The notes beneath the pieces were generated by a model. The model was not told the DNA's origin and did not search any database. It saw nothing but the letters and a program-made list of their open reading frames with translations. From positions 3,286,001-3,350,000 of the forward strand of contig JAYWIR010000013.1 of the NCBI GenBank assembly GCA_036172245.1: a stretch of DNA of 64,000 nt. The letters run 5' to 3'. The position numbers and the translations under genes were made by a program. Of the stretch, positions 13,001-23,400 are shown in pieces; within the stretch, counting starts at the first letter, position 1; each line of letters begins with the position of its first letter. The DNA comes from Raillietiella orientalis. Taxonomy: Eukaryota.

Positions 13001-14599
13001 GCTACGGGCTGATGGCTCTGCAGGCGTGCGCGCTCCTGCTGCTGTGGCGCTCTTGCTTCCTCACGGCGCGGCTGTACCCGGAGAAGGGCGGCTTCTACTG
13101 CAGGTTCACGGCCTTCTACTCTTCCTGGTAAGCCTTCCTCCCTCGGCTGGACCGCGGGAGATGGAATGCATGCCTCCTCTTCCTCTTCCTCCCTCTTCCG
13201 CCCTTTCCCACTGCCTGCCGCCTCATCTTCCTCCAGGTTTCTCTTGCCGCACCTGGGTGCCGCCGTCTCTCGGATGGCCCTGTCGCCGCCTTATGGCCGT
13301 GAGGGCGCAGCAGCCGCCGTCCACATGGTCAACTCCGTCCTCGGATTCTTCTTCTTCTACGTGAGTTCTGCGGGCTTGAAGGCCTGGAGGGAGAGAGAGA
13401 GGATGAGGCTGGAGACGCGTTGCAACACGATGGCTCCTTTTCAAAGAGCCTATCCGTGAGCGAGGGCGAAGGTGGATGCTTTCCAGTTCGTCACGAACGC
13501 GCGGCTACGGGGCACGGACCGTCCTCCTCCTCTTACCGACTACCTTTTGGAAGCGCCAGAAGTGGAGCCATCGTCCTGGGAGCGCTGTGTGTGAGTTCCC
13601 GATTGGGAGTGGTGGTCATCCTGCCCGCCGACTCGCCTCGGTGACCCACGGCCGTTACCCAGCCCGCCGGCAGTTCCCCACAAGGAAGAGTCTCCATGAC
13701 CACCCGTCCACACTACGAACGAGGGTCGCTTCCCGGCTGACCACAATCGCGCACGCAAGCCAGTTGGAGATTCAAGAAACGTACGGTCATCCTGGTCCTC
13801 CCGTCCCAGTTTGACAGCGCTTGTCCCTGGAAGTCGCCTCGTGCTGCCTTCGTCTTGAACGGGGATCCGGACCAGGCACGTTGACCGAGTTGGTCCTGGA
13901 GCAGGTGCAAAACGGCCGGAGACGCTCACTCCTCCTTGGACCGCGAAGATTCGGAGGCACCTGGAGCTGGAAATCCTCCCCTTCCTCCCTCCCTTCCCTC
14001 CAGGAGGGAAGGGGGGGAGAGAGAAACGTTCAAAGGAGGCAATCCTGTCCGAACGACGGAACTTCCCAACGCGAGCAGGGAGAGGGCAGAGCAGGGTTGC
14101 CAGAACGCATGGACAACGGAGAGGAGGAAGCTGACTGCTTCAAGCCGGTCGCTCCCCCGGAAAGAGAGTCCACCGAAGAATGGCGCAGTGGTGGCCGGCG
14201 TTCAAGAGGAGCCTGTGACCTCTCACAATATGCCTCCGACCTCTGGATCTGGGTGGTCCACGGGTTTTTGTGTGTGTGCTTTCTCCGGAGCGCAGGTGGA
14301 GTGTGTGACGCGCTTCTCGATTCGGTCATCCGAAGTCACTCCGACGAGTGCGCTAGCGGTCGGTGGCGAGGCGCCTTCTTCCTGCCTCCTCATTCCGTCC
14401 CCATAATCCCTTCCAGGTGATGACCGTCCCGTCGAAGACCAACCAGAACTTCCCGTTCCACGTGCGCACCTGCCAGGTCAGCACCATGGAGATCGACCCG
14501 CTGGGCAAGGCCGGAGGCAGTACGCTGGACTCCTTTGCTCACCACAACTACGCTGTGCCCGGCACCGCGCCAAAAAAAGCAGCTCCCGTCCGGTCGTGA
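613..14599 (+). CDS. TMEM145: Transmembrane protein 145 (GPR180/TMEM145 family: lumenal GOLD-like domain plus 7TM), 11 exons, 468 aa
   Basis: Exons 613-702, 5097-5171, 5276-5350, 5450-5653, 10581-10665, 11120-11191, 11263-11412, 11541-11713, 12952-13127, 13237-13360, 14417-14599. All introns are GT-AG, phases are compatible, total 1407 nt ending in TGA. The translation has a signal peptide then VEGRINSRQNWVFVGRFCF, WWFIAVSNC, HFSADQF, RQLLHVTY, KGYTVTRAR, YESPVGYGL, YPEK and NQNFPFHVRTCQ, matching recalled TMEM145 motifs (WVFLTRFCF, HFSADEF, RQLLHTTY, KGFTVTRGR, YESPAGYGL, NKNFPYHVRTSQ). Confidence 0.95.
1130..2700 (+). mobile_element. Heavily decayed 3' half of a non-LTR retrotransposon ORF2 (Tx1/L1-like) in TMEM145 intron 1
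   Basis: Fragmentary similarity to the post-RT region and to the C-terminal part of other LINE fragments in this window. Many frameshifts; boundaries approximate. Confidence 0.35.
3778..4635 (-). mobile_element. Truncated, frameshifted piggyBac (PGBD-like) transposase remnant in TMEM145 intron 1
   Basis: Minus-strand ORFs 4184-4453 (acidic S/D/E-rich N-terminus) and 3807-4187 (SPMTYFRKLFDDEII..V..IDTYALQ...EMEQFLG) match the start of the piggyBac DDE_Tnp_1_7 domain. The frameshift is near 4185 and the segment is an AT-rich island in GC-rich DNA. Possible degenerate TIRs: 3778-3792 (CCCCCTATGGCCCGA) and 4621-4635 (reverse complement CTCTCATTGGCCCGC). Confidence 0.8.
6238..7142. mobile_element. 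AT-rich foldback/long-TIR non-autonomous element, copy 1 (most decayed)
   Basis: AT-rich core. Left end AGAATCTCGGAAGATCGTGAGAAAT and the reverse complement of the right end (GAACTCTCGAAAAATCATAAAAAATAAACATAT..GCGCTTATT) resemble the termini of copies 2 and 3. Confidence 0.6.
7030..7068. repeat. (AT)n microsatellite inside foldback copy 1
   Basis: About 19 perfect AT units seen directly. Confidence 0.95.
7480..8350 (-). mobile_element. Possible decayed LINE 3' region in TMEM145 intron 4
   Basis: Minus strand reads RQLFWRLARDI near 7660-7712, typical of the segment after the zf-RVT finger. Otherwise too degraded to be sure. Confidence 0.3.
13480..13930 (-). mobile_element. Decayed reverse-transcriptase fragment of a LINE in TMEM145 intron 10
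   Basis: Minus strand (with frameshifts) FLESPTGLR..QPGSDPRS..VVMETL resembles the RT motif GVRQGDPLSPxLFxxxME. Confidence 0.4.
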
Positions 14600-15727
14600 G
14601 GGTCAGCATCCTGGCTGCTGAAAGGGCGGCGCTTTTCGCCTCAGGGAGATCCACGGCCATCTTCTGAAGGCTGACCGCCCCTGCCTTTTTTTTCTTTCCT
14701 CTTCGCACTCCTGGAGGGTCCCGAAACGCTCTCCGACTTCCCTGGCGTGCTGCCATGGCTTCTTTTCTGACCCGGCGGACCTCGGTCCTCTCGGGAGCGA
14801 GCGCAGAGTGCTGCTTGTGTGTTGAACGTCGGAAACATCCCTTGGCAACGCTGATCCGAGCCTCCGTCTCCCGGAAGAGCATGCTCTGCCTCTTATTTCG
14901 GAACCCCAGCTGACCATGGGGAATGGCTCTTCTTATAGATCTGGCCTGACGGACTAACAGGGAAGGAGTACGGGAGCGAAGAAGCGGGAGCTGCGTGGGA
15001 CGCGAGTGGCCGAAGGAACCTCGAGAGGATGTGTGGTTCCTGCGGCAACCGACGCACTTGCGCTCCTTTCACTTCCCGGTGTGTATCCTCGCATCCTCTG
15101 CAGCTCTGCTTCTTTTCGCTTGCTACCCTCTCCCCCTATCGCCCCTCAGTGGAACCTTCTCGAATCCTCGTTCTTTCTTGCCGGCTGGCGCCCTCGCTGA
15201 CCGCTCTCGAAAGCAAAGGGCCTTCCACGCCTGCGTTCTGCCAATAAAGCGAAAACAAGATGGGGTCTTTCCTTCCGAGCGCTCCTGTGTCATGTCTGGA
15301 TCTGCACGCGGGAGGAGGAGGAAGAGGAGGAGGAGAAGGGAGGACTTCCTTCGAGGGAGAGTGTTGCCGTGCTCGGAGGCGGCACGGATGAGACCCTGCA
15401 TCTCTACTCCGCCAGTCTTGTCTCTCGTGGAGCAGGAGGAAAAGGGAGGGGGGAGAAGGAAAACTCGGAACGCGACGCAGGCCACCGCCTGCTGTGCGAG
15501 TTTCCAGACCCCGACCCGAGAGACTGGGGAGGGTCCTCCTGGATGTAGGCGGCGGTGCATCCAAAGCTCACGCTGCAGCATCTTGAGGGATCGGGGAGGG
15601 AGATCGCTGATCTCCCAGCCGGCTTCGAGACGCGATGAGCGATGTGCGATTCTCCGGACACTCCTTCGAAGGGGTCAATCTTGTCAGAGAATCTGCTGCG
15701 CCACTGCGGATGCTGCAACTCATCTAA

Positions 15728-15972
15728 GAACAGCATAGGATATCTCAGTGCACATGGATACGGTAAGATGGGGGTGATGCACCGCGTGGATGCTGTAACA
15801 TATGGATATACCATGCTCTCCATGCATGTGTATGAACGTTTATGGTACACGCCATGCACACGAACGAATACTGTGGATGTTGGGCCGATCTTATACATAC
15901 AGAGCGTGGATGCTTATCACAACCGTACTGTACTATCCGTATATTCCGCGTGAACACTGAGGCTATGCTCTG
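15728..15972. mobile_element. Small degenerate MITE-like element (about 245 bp)
   Basis: Inverted ends: AGCATAG (15732-15738) with CTATGCT (15963-15969), and CTCAGTG (15744-15750) with CACTGAG (15955-15961). GC is lower than the flanks and GTGGATG recurs internally. Confidence 0.45.
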
Positions 15973-15989
15973 TGCAGCAACTTCCTTCT

Positions 15990-16700
15990 GACCAGCCTCG
16001 GAGGAACCAGCTCGAAGATACTGGTCCTTCCCTGAGATGAGGGGTCTAGGGTGAATTCGCAGGCCGCCCCCAATGTAGACGCAGGAGTTCGCTCAGTCAC
16101 CACGGCTAGAAGAAGCTCCTGCCAAGACATGGTGGGACGAATCTCCCGCGAGGGAGTCTCCGACCACCGTATCGCAGGCCTTGCCGGACATCTCTTGGTG
16201 TAAAGAACGCGCTCTGATCCTGGCTGCCTTTGGTCACTGGCTGTGCATATGAGCCGTTGCTCCAAGGGTGTTCCTCGAGCACTCAGAGAACGAGAGACGT
16301 CTTCTTTCGGTACTGGATCTGCGAGGCTGAGGGGAAGAAAAAACAGCCTCGAGGAGTCTCCACGCCACTGTAAACTCCTCGTGGTGGACCTCCGGATCGG
16401 TACGCGTGTTCCTCCAGAAGGTCCCGAACGATTCAACCGGTTTCGGGAGGAACCTGAGTGAGCTTGGAAGACGCGTGCGGACTTGCAGGAGATGCGACCG
16501 TCCAGCGATATACGCCGACTGCTGCGGACCTGCGCCACTGTGCAGCCACCGTCGCCGACATAGGAAACACACCAAGAACTCGAAGGGGAGGTTCGTTCTT
16601 CCTCCTAAATGTGGGTGGTTGCTGGCGTCAACGGGAGATCAGAATTCTCACGTTCCACTTTGAAACCAGACGTCCTTTTTGCGGGATGGCTCTTATCCTG
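15990..16700 (-). mobile_element. Decayed LINE (Tx1/L1-like) reverse-transcriptase fragment
   Basis: Minus strand GPQQSAYIAGRS (ORF 16234-16575; compare RT motif PxQSAFIxGRSI) followed in the right order by SGKACDTV near 16165-16190 (compare DxxKAFDTV). Confidence 0.65.
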
Positions 16701-16749
16701 ACCCTGCGGGTTTGGTCATCCCGTCAGGACCGTTTACCCGGTTCAGGCA

Positions 16750-19450
16750 GAGCTAGTGAATGAAACAAGTGGCAGATGGCGTGAACGTAAGGGTCCAGTA
16801 GGTGGTGATGAGATTGCTTTGGTTTCGGCCTTCCTCTGGCATCGAGGTGGTCACTCTCGTTTCCCATGGAAATATTGAAATTCGAGAACACTCGGCTAAA
16901 TTTGGCATTCCAGGAGAGGCAGCATGTTCACCTGCTGAGCGTGTTCTACTTCCTCGAGCAAGGAGAAACCAGCATTTACTGGCTATTCTTTCTCTTATAT
17001 CCATCTTTTTCACTGGTTGGTGACGTAGAGATGAACGTCTGTCCCACCTCTGATTTACGAAACAAGACTGTGGTCCTTGTTCTGAGTCTTGATTCAGGAG
17101 AGGGAAATGACTATTTGCTGGACTGTGGTTGCATTTCCTCATAGCTTGAATGTCACTTATTGATGAAGGGTCTCCTGCAGTTTCCAGAGGTTGATCTGCA
17201 AACCTGCCCTAAAGTACTGATAATTTGCCTACCGACTCGGGATTCGACACCACGCCCCCCACGTAGCTCCGAGTTCCTAGTCTGTGCTTCGCTGTTCATG
17301 AGCACAGTGTAGACACTGTGCGTACCGGAACAAAATTACGCACAGGGAGGTGTATTACATACTGCCGTCTTGATGGAATACGAACGAATCCGAGCGGTAC
17401 TTGAAGTCTTTGTATATTCAGATAGATTGAGTCGAAGATACCTCGATTTCCAGAGCCCCTGAATATCCCGGAAAATAAATTGGCAGCCGATAGACTCACA
17501 AATCGGTCCTTCCTTCGAAATGGTCACTTTAATCCTGGAATGCAAACCGGGAACCAAAGGATCCCGAAAAACGTGATAACAACGTACCACTTCGTGGCAG
17601 GGAAGTCCCATCTCCACTCAGCCATAGGACAACATCCATGAGCTTGTAGTACCTTGCCTGAAAAGTAAACTTCCCTTTATCGCTCTTTCTTCTATCATGT
17701 AAACTCATTATTATCATAAGATTCCTTTTCATCATGTTCTCTTTTTGTTAGCATACTTCCGGTTCCTTTATCCTTTTAAATGCAGTAAATTTTAAATTAA
17801 TGGATAGAAGTTTATATTTGTATCGACATCGGAGGTATGATAAAAATATAAACATCGGGATGTTTACCCACTATATTGGGAAAGCTCTTTGCTTTCCAGT
17901 GGGATAAAAGTACAGCCGTTTAGCTTGAAAGTTTACTCCGTTAGACAAGCAACACTGCACTTTTTCCTTGATGGCTGTGTTTAATCTATAGGATACCTAC
18001 TATCAATACAGTTTCCTCAGAATGATGCACTTGACCCCATCTTAGGGGACAGAAAAGGACAACGAGTCTCTTGAGCAGCCTGTTTACTAAACTTCATCCG
18101 GTCTAAATAGTTCCATTGATGAGACAAAGATGTATCCGGAGTGCCTCAGTATCAGTTTGTGCAAAGTGAGGTCTCATTGCTCAAGACCGCATTGAGCGCC
18201 TATTCGTGTTTTGTTGGATTCATCTTGAGTCACGAAGATGCATCTGAAGGTCTTTGCCGCCCAAGAAAAGTCATCAGCGACAAAAAATGACCCCATATTC
18301 CATCAGAATATTCAGATTTCGATTTTCCAGGGCACGAGTAAAATTTCTTGGGGAGAGTGGTACTGATAAAGTCTAGTAGCTCAAAACTTCCTCAGCAAAG
18401 TTAGGAAAACTACCCTTATCACAAAAATTCAAATAATTCGTTTTCATTTGTTTTTAATTGGAGCTGCAGAAGTAATTACCGAAATCCGCTTCGAAATCCA
18501 ACTCTTCGAAGCACATGTTGAAGTAGGAAATTTCCTCAGAATTATTCTTTAAAATGTCACAACAAACGGCTGTTTTAAAAAGTTCACTTTTGAGGTGTGC
18601 CAACGGCTTCGGTTGTTCTAATAATTGTTATTACAAACCCATGCTTTATGGTGGTAATTAGGGCTGAAAAGGTTGAGCTGCTCATTATGGCTGAAAACTT
18701 TCACAGGAGAACGGACTTGTTCACTTTTGTAAGTGAAATTACTTTCATAGCTGAAAATTACGAATTTGGTACATAAGCATATACTGTAAGCTGGATTATT
18801 CAAATAATGCAAGTGAACTGAAAAAACACACTCCTAGCTTTCAGAAGGATGCAACTGCTGGCTATCGTGCACTGGAAATAGTTCAAGCTGCACTGACAAC
18901 TTATGTACGTCCTGAAGATCGTGGGTCCCCCCCCCCCCCCTCTCAAATTCATCATTCACTGCTACTCTGAAACGCTTAGTATGCTTTATCTCTTTCTCTG
19001 TGACGTTTCAGATTCTGGAACAATCTGTTGAATTCTCTCGTGTACTCACTGCGTTTCCTTGACTCCGTGCGGATTGCAACCGGTGAGTCCGAAAAGAGAA
19101 AAAGGAATTCGAGAACATGAACATTATGGATTTCTCAGGAACTGACTGCTCGGCAGTTTCTGCATCATGACTCTGTCTCCTGATCTTCGTTCTGCTGCGT
19201 TAACAACTCCGATCTTACTGGCGAGTCGAACCCGGCACCGACGAGCAGATGCGATCGGCAAAGGATTCTTGGAAAATTTTGTGCAAAGTACTGGCACCAC
19301 ACTCGTATTCTTTACTCCTTTCTCCTCTATGTTAAATATCCTCAACATGCATACTTTGCAGATGAAATCATTCTGCATCTCCGGTTCTCCGAAACTGGAG
19401 CTTTCTTCGATGCTGACACTGCAATATAAAATCACATAGTTATTCAAGCT
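16750..19450 (-). mobile_element. Decayed DNA transposon, probably a Mutator-like (MULE) transposase pseudogene
   Basis: Minus strand PLES...IVGKHPDVYIFI near 17835-17905 (compare MULE TNNxxExxH...HPxIxxFI) then SYG*VEMGLPCHE near 17590-17630 (degenerate SWIM finger CxCx7GLPCxH). Many stops and frameshifts; ends not defined. Confidence 0.5.
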
Positions 19451-20447
19451 TTGGGACTATGGCGATGGTGGTTTGTCCGTTTGGCAGCAAAGAAGCTCAA
19501 TATATCCTTTGTCAGTCACTTTGCGGTTAATCTTCGAGCACCTCACCCTTCAATGAGGGCTTCGATCGCTTATATCCTCATTTTTCGTTCCCCCCCCCCC
19601 TCCCCCCCCACTAGATTCGAGTGAACGATGATATGTACATTCCAGATTCTTGTACATGCCCCAGTTCCAAGGTTAGATCGTTGGCATTAACACCGAGCGA
19701 AAGGAAGTCGGGACGGGGGGGGGGGGGGGTACTCTTGGGTTTTCCAGTATTTTCTTGCTGATTTCTTGTGCTCGTGAGGGAAATCTTTTGAGGGCTGCAA
19801 GTAAATAAGGCCGCGCCGTGAGGACAGAAATATTCGCGGATCGTCTGCCTTGGAGGCTGCGTTTTCCCTGGCCACCCCCTCGCGCCACCAGAACGTGGCC
19901 ACGCGTATTTTTTTAAATGTGGTTCGGAGCTCTCATTTGCATGCGGCAAACGTGCGTCTCGCTTGGACGTGTCTCTCGGCTGTAGGTGAAATGGGTGAAT
20001 GCCGTGGAACACGCGTGCCTCGTGGCGTGTTTTGCCGTACCGTGGGCCACAAAACAGTCCGTTTGCTTGAATTTCCCGATCGCTTGTGAATGTGAGGATA
20101 TTTTCCTTGACCTTGAACCTCTACAACACCCTCCATTAAGTTTGAAAGGTGTGCAATCGGTGTGCTTGGCTGTTACCGAATGTCTCAGCTCGTGATGGAT
20201 TTGCCCTGTCCAATCTGTAAAGTCGTCGTGAGGTGAACGAGAGAGTGAACGATTTTGGCCTCCGTGATTTTTGTTTACAAAAACTTGTTTAATAAGATCC
20301 ACCATGCAGGAATGGGATAGGCAAAGTCAATGCCAGATCAGTACGCGATCGTGCACCACAAGAGGCACCTGATGAGGTCCCCTTCACGGATTCAAGTTGA
20401 TAAATAATTCTGATTATGATAAAAACTAGATTAGCAAAAACAGAACA

Positions 20448-23400
20448 ATGGATGCTTTGTTTAGTTTCATTCTAATAGTGTGTTTATCAAAGGCAAATAT
20501 GGAAGTTCTTGGATTACGTAAATGCTGTGACCCCCTGTGCAGTGGTAAGTAGAATATTTTGGGGGTTTTCTCTGTTTATAAGCCCCCTTTTATTTATTGC
20601 TGTTGTATGCCCAATCACCTAGGCAAGCTGCATTGAACAAGTGTTTACAAGTCATTCACCTCCGAATTGAGATCCGTTCCATATTTTAAAAGTTTTGCAG
20701 TATAGTAACTTGGTTGATTTGTAAAGATAGGGAAGTATATGGTGGATCAAGCTTTTTCGCCCACATTGGTTCATTCATTTTCATTGTGCAATAATGCACA
20801 CTGTAAAGGGTTATGCTGACCTTTAAAAAGCTTCTAGGTGGACTTTTCTTAGGACTTGCAAATGCAAATCCTAAGAAAGCAGGCAGCAGACAATGCAAGT
20901 AATGAGATGTGAAAACAAACCCAAATAATGAGACGCATTTTTGGCTGTCAGTATTCAACTGTGTCTAAAACTGTCTTTCGAGTCTTTAATTGATAGTGAA
21001 GTGGACGAAGAGCACAAATATGTATGTTCCAAATCATTTTACTGAAGTATTTGCAAACTTCAGGCCCTTTGGTTGATTTTTAAAACTCTGTAAATTCCTA
21101 ACCGTGACATCATTTTTCATGAAAGTCAAGTTTCGGTGGTGGTATTTCCTCTGTTGTGCAAAGTGATAGTTTATGTACTCATAAATGTCTTCATCACATA
21201 ATTTTCTCAATGACAATAACATACGTGCTGCTGATTCATGACAAATTACAAAACAAGTGAAGAAGCAGTTAATGGTTCTGATAGGAGAAAGCATTTGTCA
21301 AAAAAAAAAAAAAAAAAACACTCATGTTTTGGCCCTTTTGGGTATATTTAAGCATGTGTTTATTCATAGTCTATGCATTTTCATATAATTGTTTGTAATC
21401 TTTTAGAGCCTGTATCTACTGGTAAAACAGTAATGCCTTTCATGTCTTATGAAGAAGGACTGTTATCATTTAAGCAAAACTGTGATGTTAAAGTGTTTGG
21501 GAAAGGAGCAGGAAAAGATGGAAATTTTTGGAGTGTTGTGGTCAGTAAACAAATTATTTTTTTCTTTTTCCAGCCCACATGTGACTCATTTTTTAATTAT
21601 TGTAGATTAATGATCAATATGGGTATGTTCATAAACAACATATAAAGGAAATTAATATATTACGTTCTGTGCTGAATTTCTCACTACCCACTGAAGCAGT
21701 TATGCGGAAATTTTATCATGACAAGAAACTTCACTTTTTTCATCTGTTAAATATTGGTGATCCGATGTGTGCTTCACAATTTGTTCATGAAAGTGAGCAA
21801 ACAAAATTCCCTAATTTACTTAAGAAGGAAAAAGAATTTCCAACCAAATCAGTCCATGCTGACACTTTACCTGATGATATGTATGTAGTCCTTTCTGACA
21901 TTGTGTTCATTATGGATGCTTCTAGGGAACCTTCCCCAAAAGTCACAGATGCCAAAACACGTTTTCAGGAACTTTCTGAAGTAGATTCTTTGCAACAGGA
22001 GTTTGTTTCAAACCAGAGTTTTGAACATTTGCCTGATGAATCTTTGGGAATAAAGACAGTTGATGCACTGGACAATATTGGAATTTTGTCAGTTTCTCAA
22101 CTAGATGGTCAAGAAAACTTGAGTGAAAGAAAAGATGAAACTACTAATGAAAATGACTTAGTGCCTCACCCAGTCTCTTCGGAATCACTAGAAAGTCTCA
22201 GCAATGAATCACATGCGTTAAATTCATCTATTAATGATGGAAAGATCAATGCATCAGAGAACTTGAATTTTCAATCAGAAAAAACAGCTCAAAGTCTTGA
22301 TAAACTTCTCCATAGTCATAAAGTGGATTCAATGACTCCTTCAGAAGAAATTTTTGCATCAGCTAATTTTTCTGAGCAAGTTAAACCTGAGAGCATTGAT
22401 TATTCTGTTTCAAGTATCAATCAGCTGGAAACAGTTCAGCAGAAACAAGACCCAGGAGGAAGTTATGATACTAATAGTAAGTGATGTTTGCTAATCCACT
22501 GATTAATACTTATTTTGCAGGTATGACAGCAAGTCTTGAAGGGCATTCCTTGAACACTGGTGTAATTAATGACACAGTTTTAGGGAGTAGCAAGCAGCTT
22601 GCTGCATCCCATATCGAGGCTCCTAAAGTTGAAGAACGAACCACGAATACTAAAGTAATTAACGATGCAAGTTTAGAAAGCAATAAGCAGCACCTTTCTG
22701 CATCCCATATCGAGGCTCATAGAGTTGAAGAACGAACCACGAATACTAAAGTAATTAACGATGCAAGTTTGGAAGGCAATAAGCAGCACCTTTCTGCATC
22801 CCATATTGAGGCTCATAGAGTTGAAGAACGAACCACGAATACTGGAGTAATTAACGATGCAAGTTTGGAAGGCAATAAGCAGCACCTTTCTGCATCCCAT
22901 ATCGAGGCTCCTAGAGTTGAAGAACGAACCACGAATACTAAAGTAATTAACGATGCAAGTTTGGAAGGCAGTAAGCAGCACCTTTCTGCATCCCATATTG
23001 AGGCTCCTAGAGTTGAAGAACGAACCACGAATACTAAAGTAATTAATGCAAGTCTGGAAAGCAATAAGCAGCACCTTTCTGAATCTGATATTGTGGGGAC
23101 TCAAAGAGTTGATGCAGGTTTAGAAAGCCATGAGCAACTTGTGGAAACTCATATTGTTGAAACCCAGTGGGTTGAAGCACAGTCCACAAACAATGAAAAT
23201 AATACTACAGCACACACATCTGTAGAGTATGGGAATAATACAGGTAAACAAGTTCCAGCATAATGTACAGCTTTTGTTTGTTTTTCTAGGAAATTCAGGC
23301 CCAAATGACATGGAAATGGCAAACTTTCAAGCTTTATTTGGTGAGCAGGTAAGAAATTTGCATATTTCACCTTCTTGTGTTATCTGTTAGTAAATTAATT

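Noticed and set aside
17230..17295. tRNA-like or SINE-like segment (minus strand GGTGTCGAATCCCG resembles a B box)
   Set aside because: I could not fold a cloverleaf or find a clear A box. At most a degenerate tRNA-derived SINE head; tRNAscan-SE and a repeat search would be needed.
22553..23110. Regularly spaced repeats that could be mistaken for a CRISPR array
   Set aside because: Units are contiguous 96-bp in-frame coding repeats with no unique spacers, inside a spliced eukaryotic gene, and there are no cas genes.
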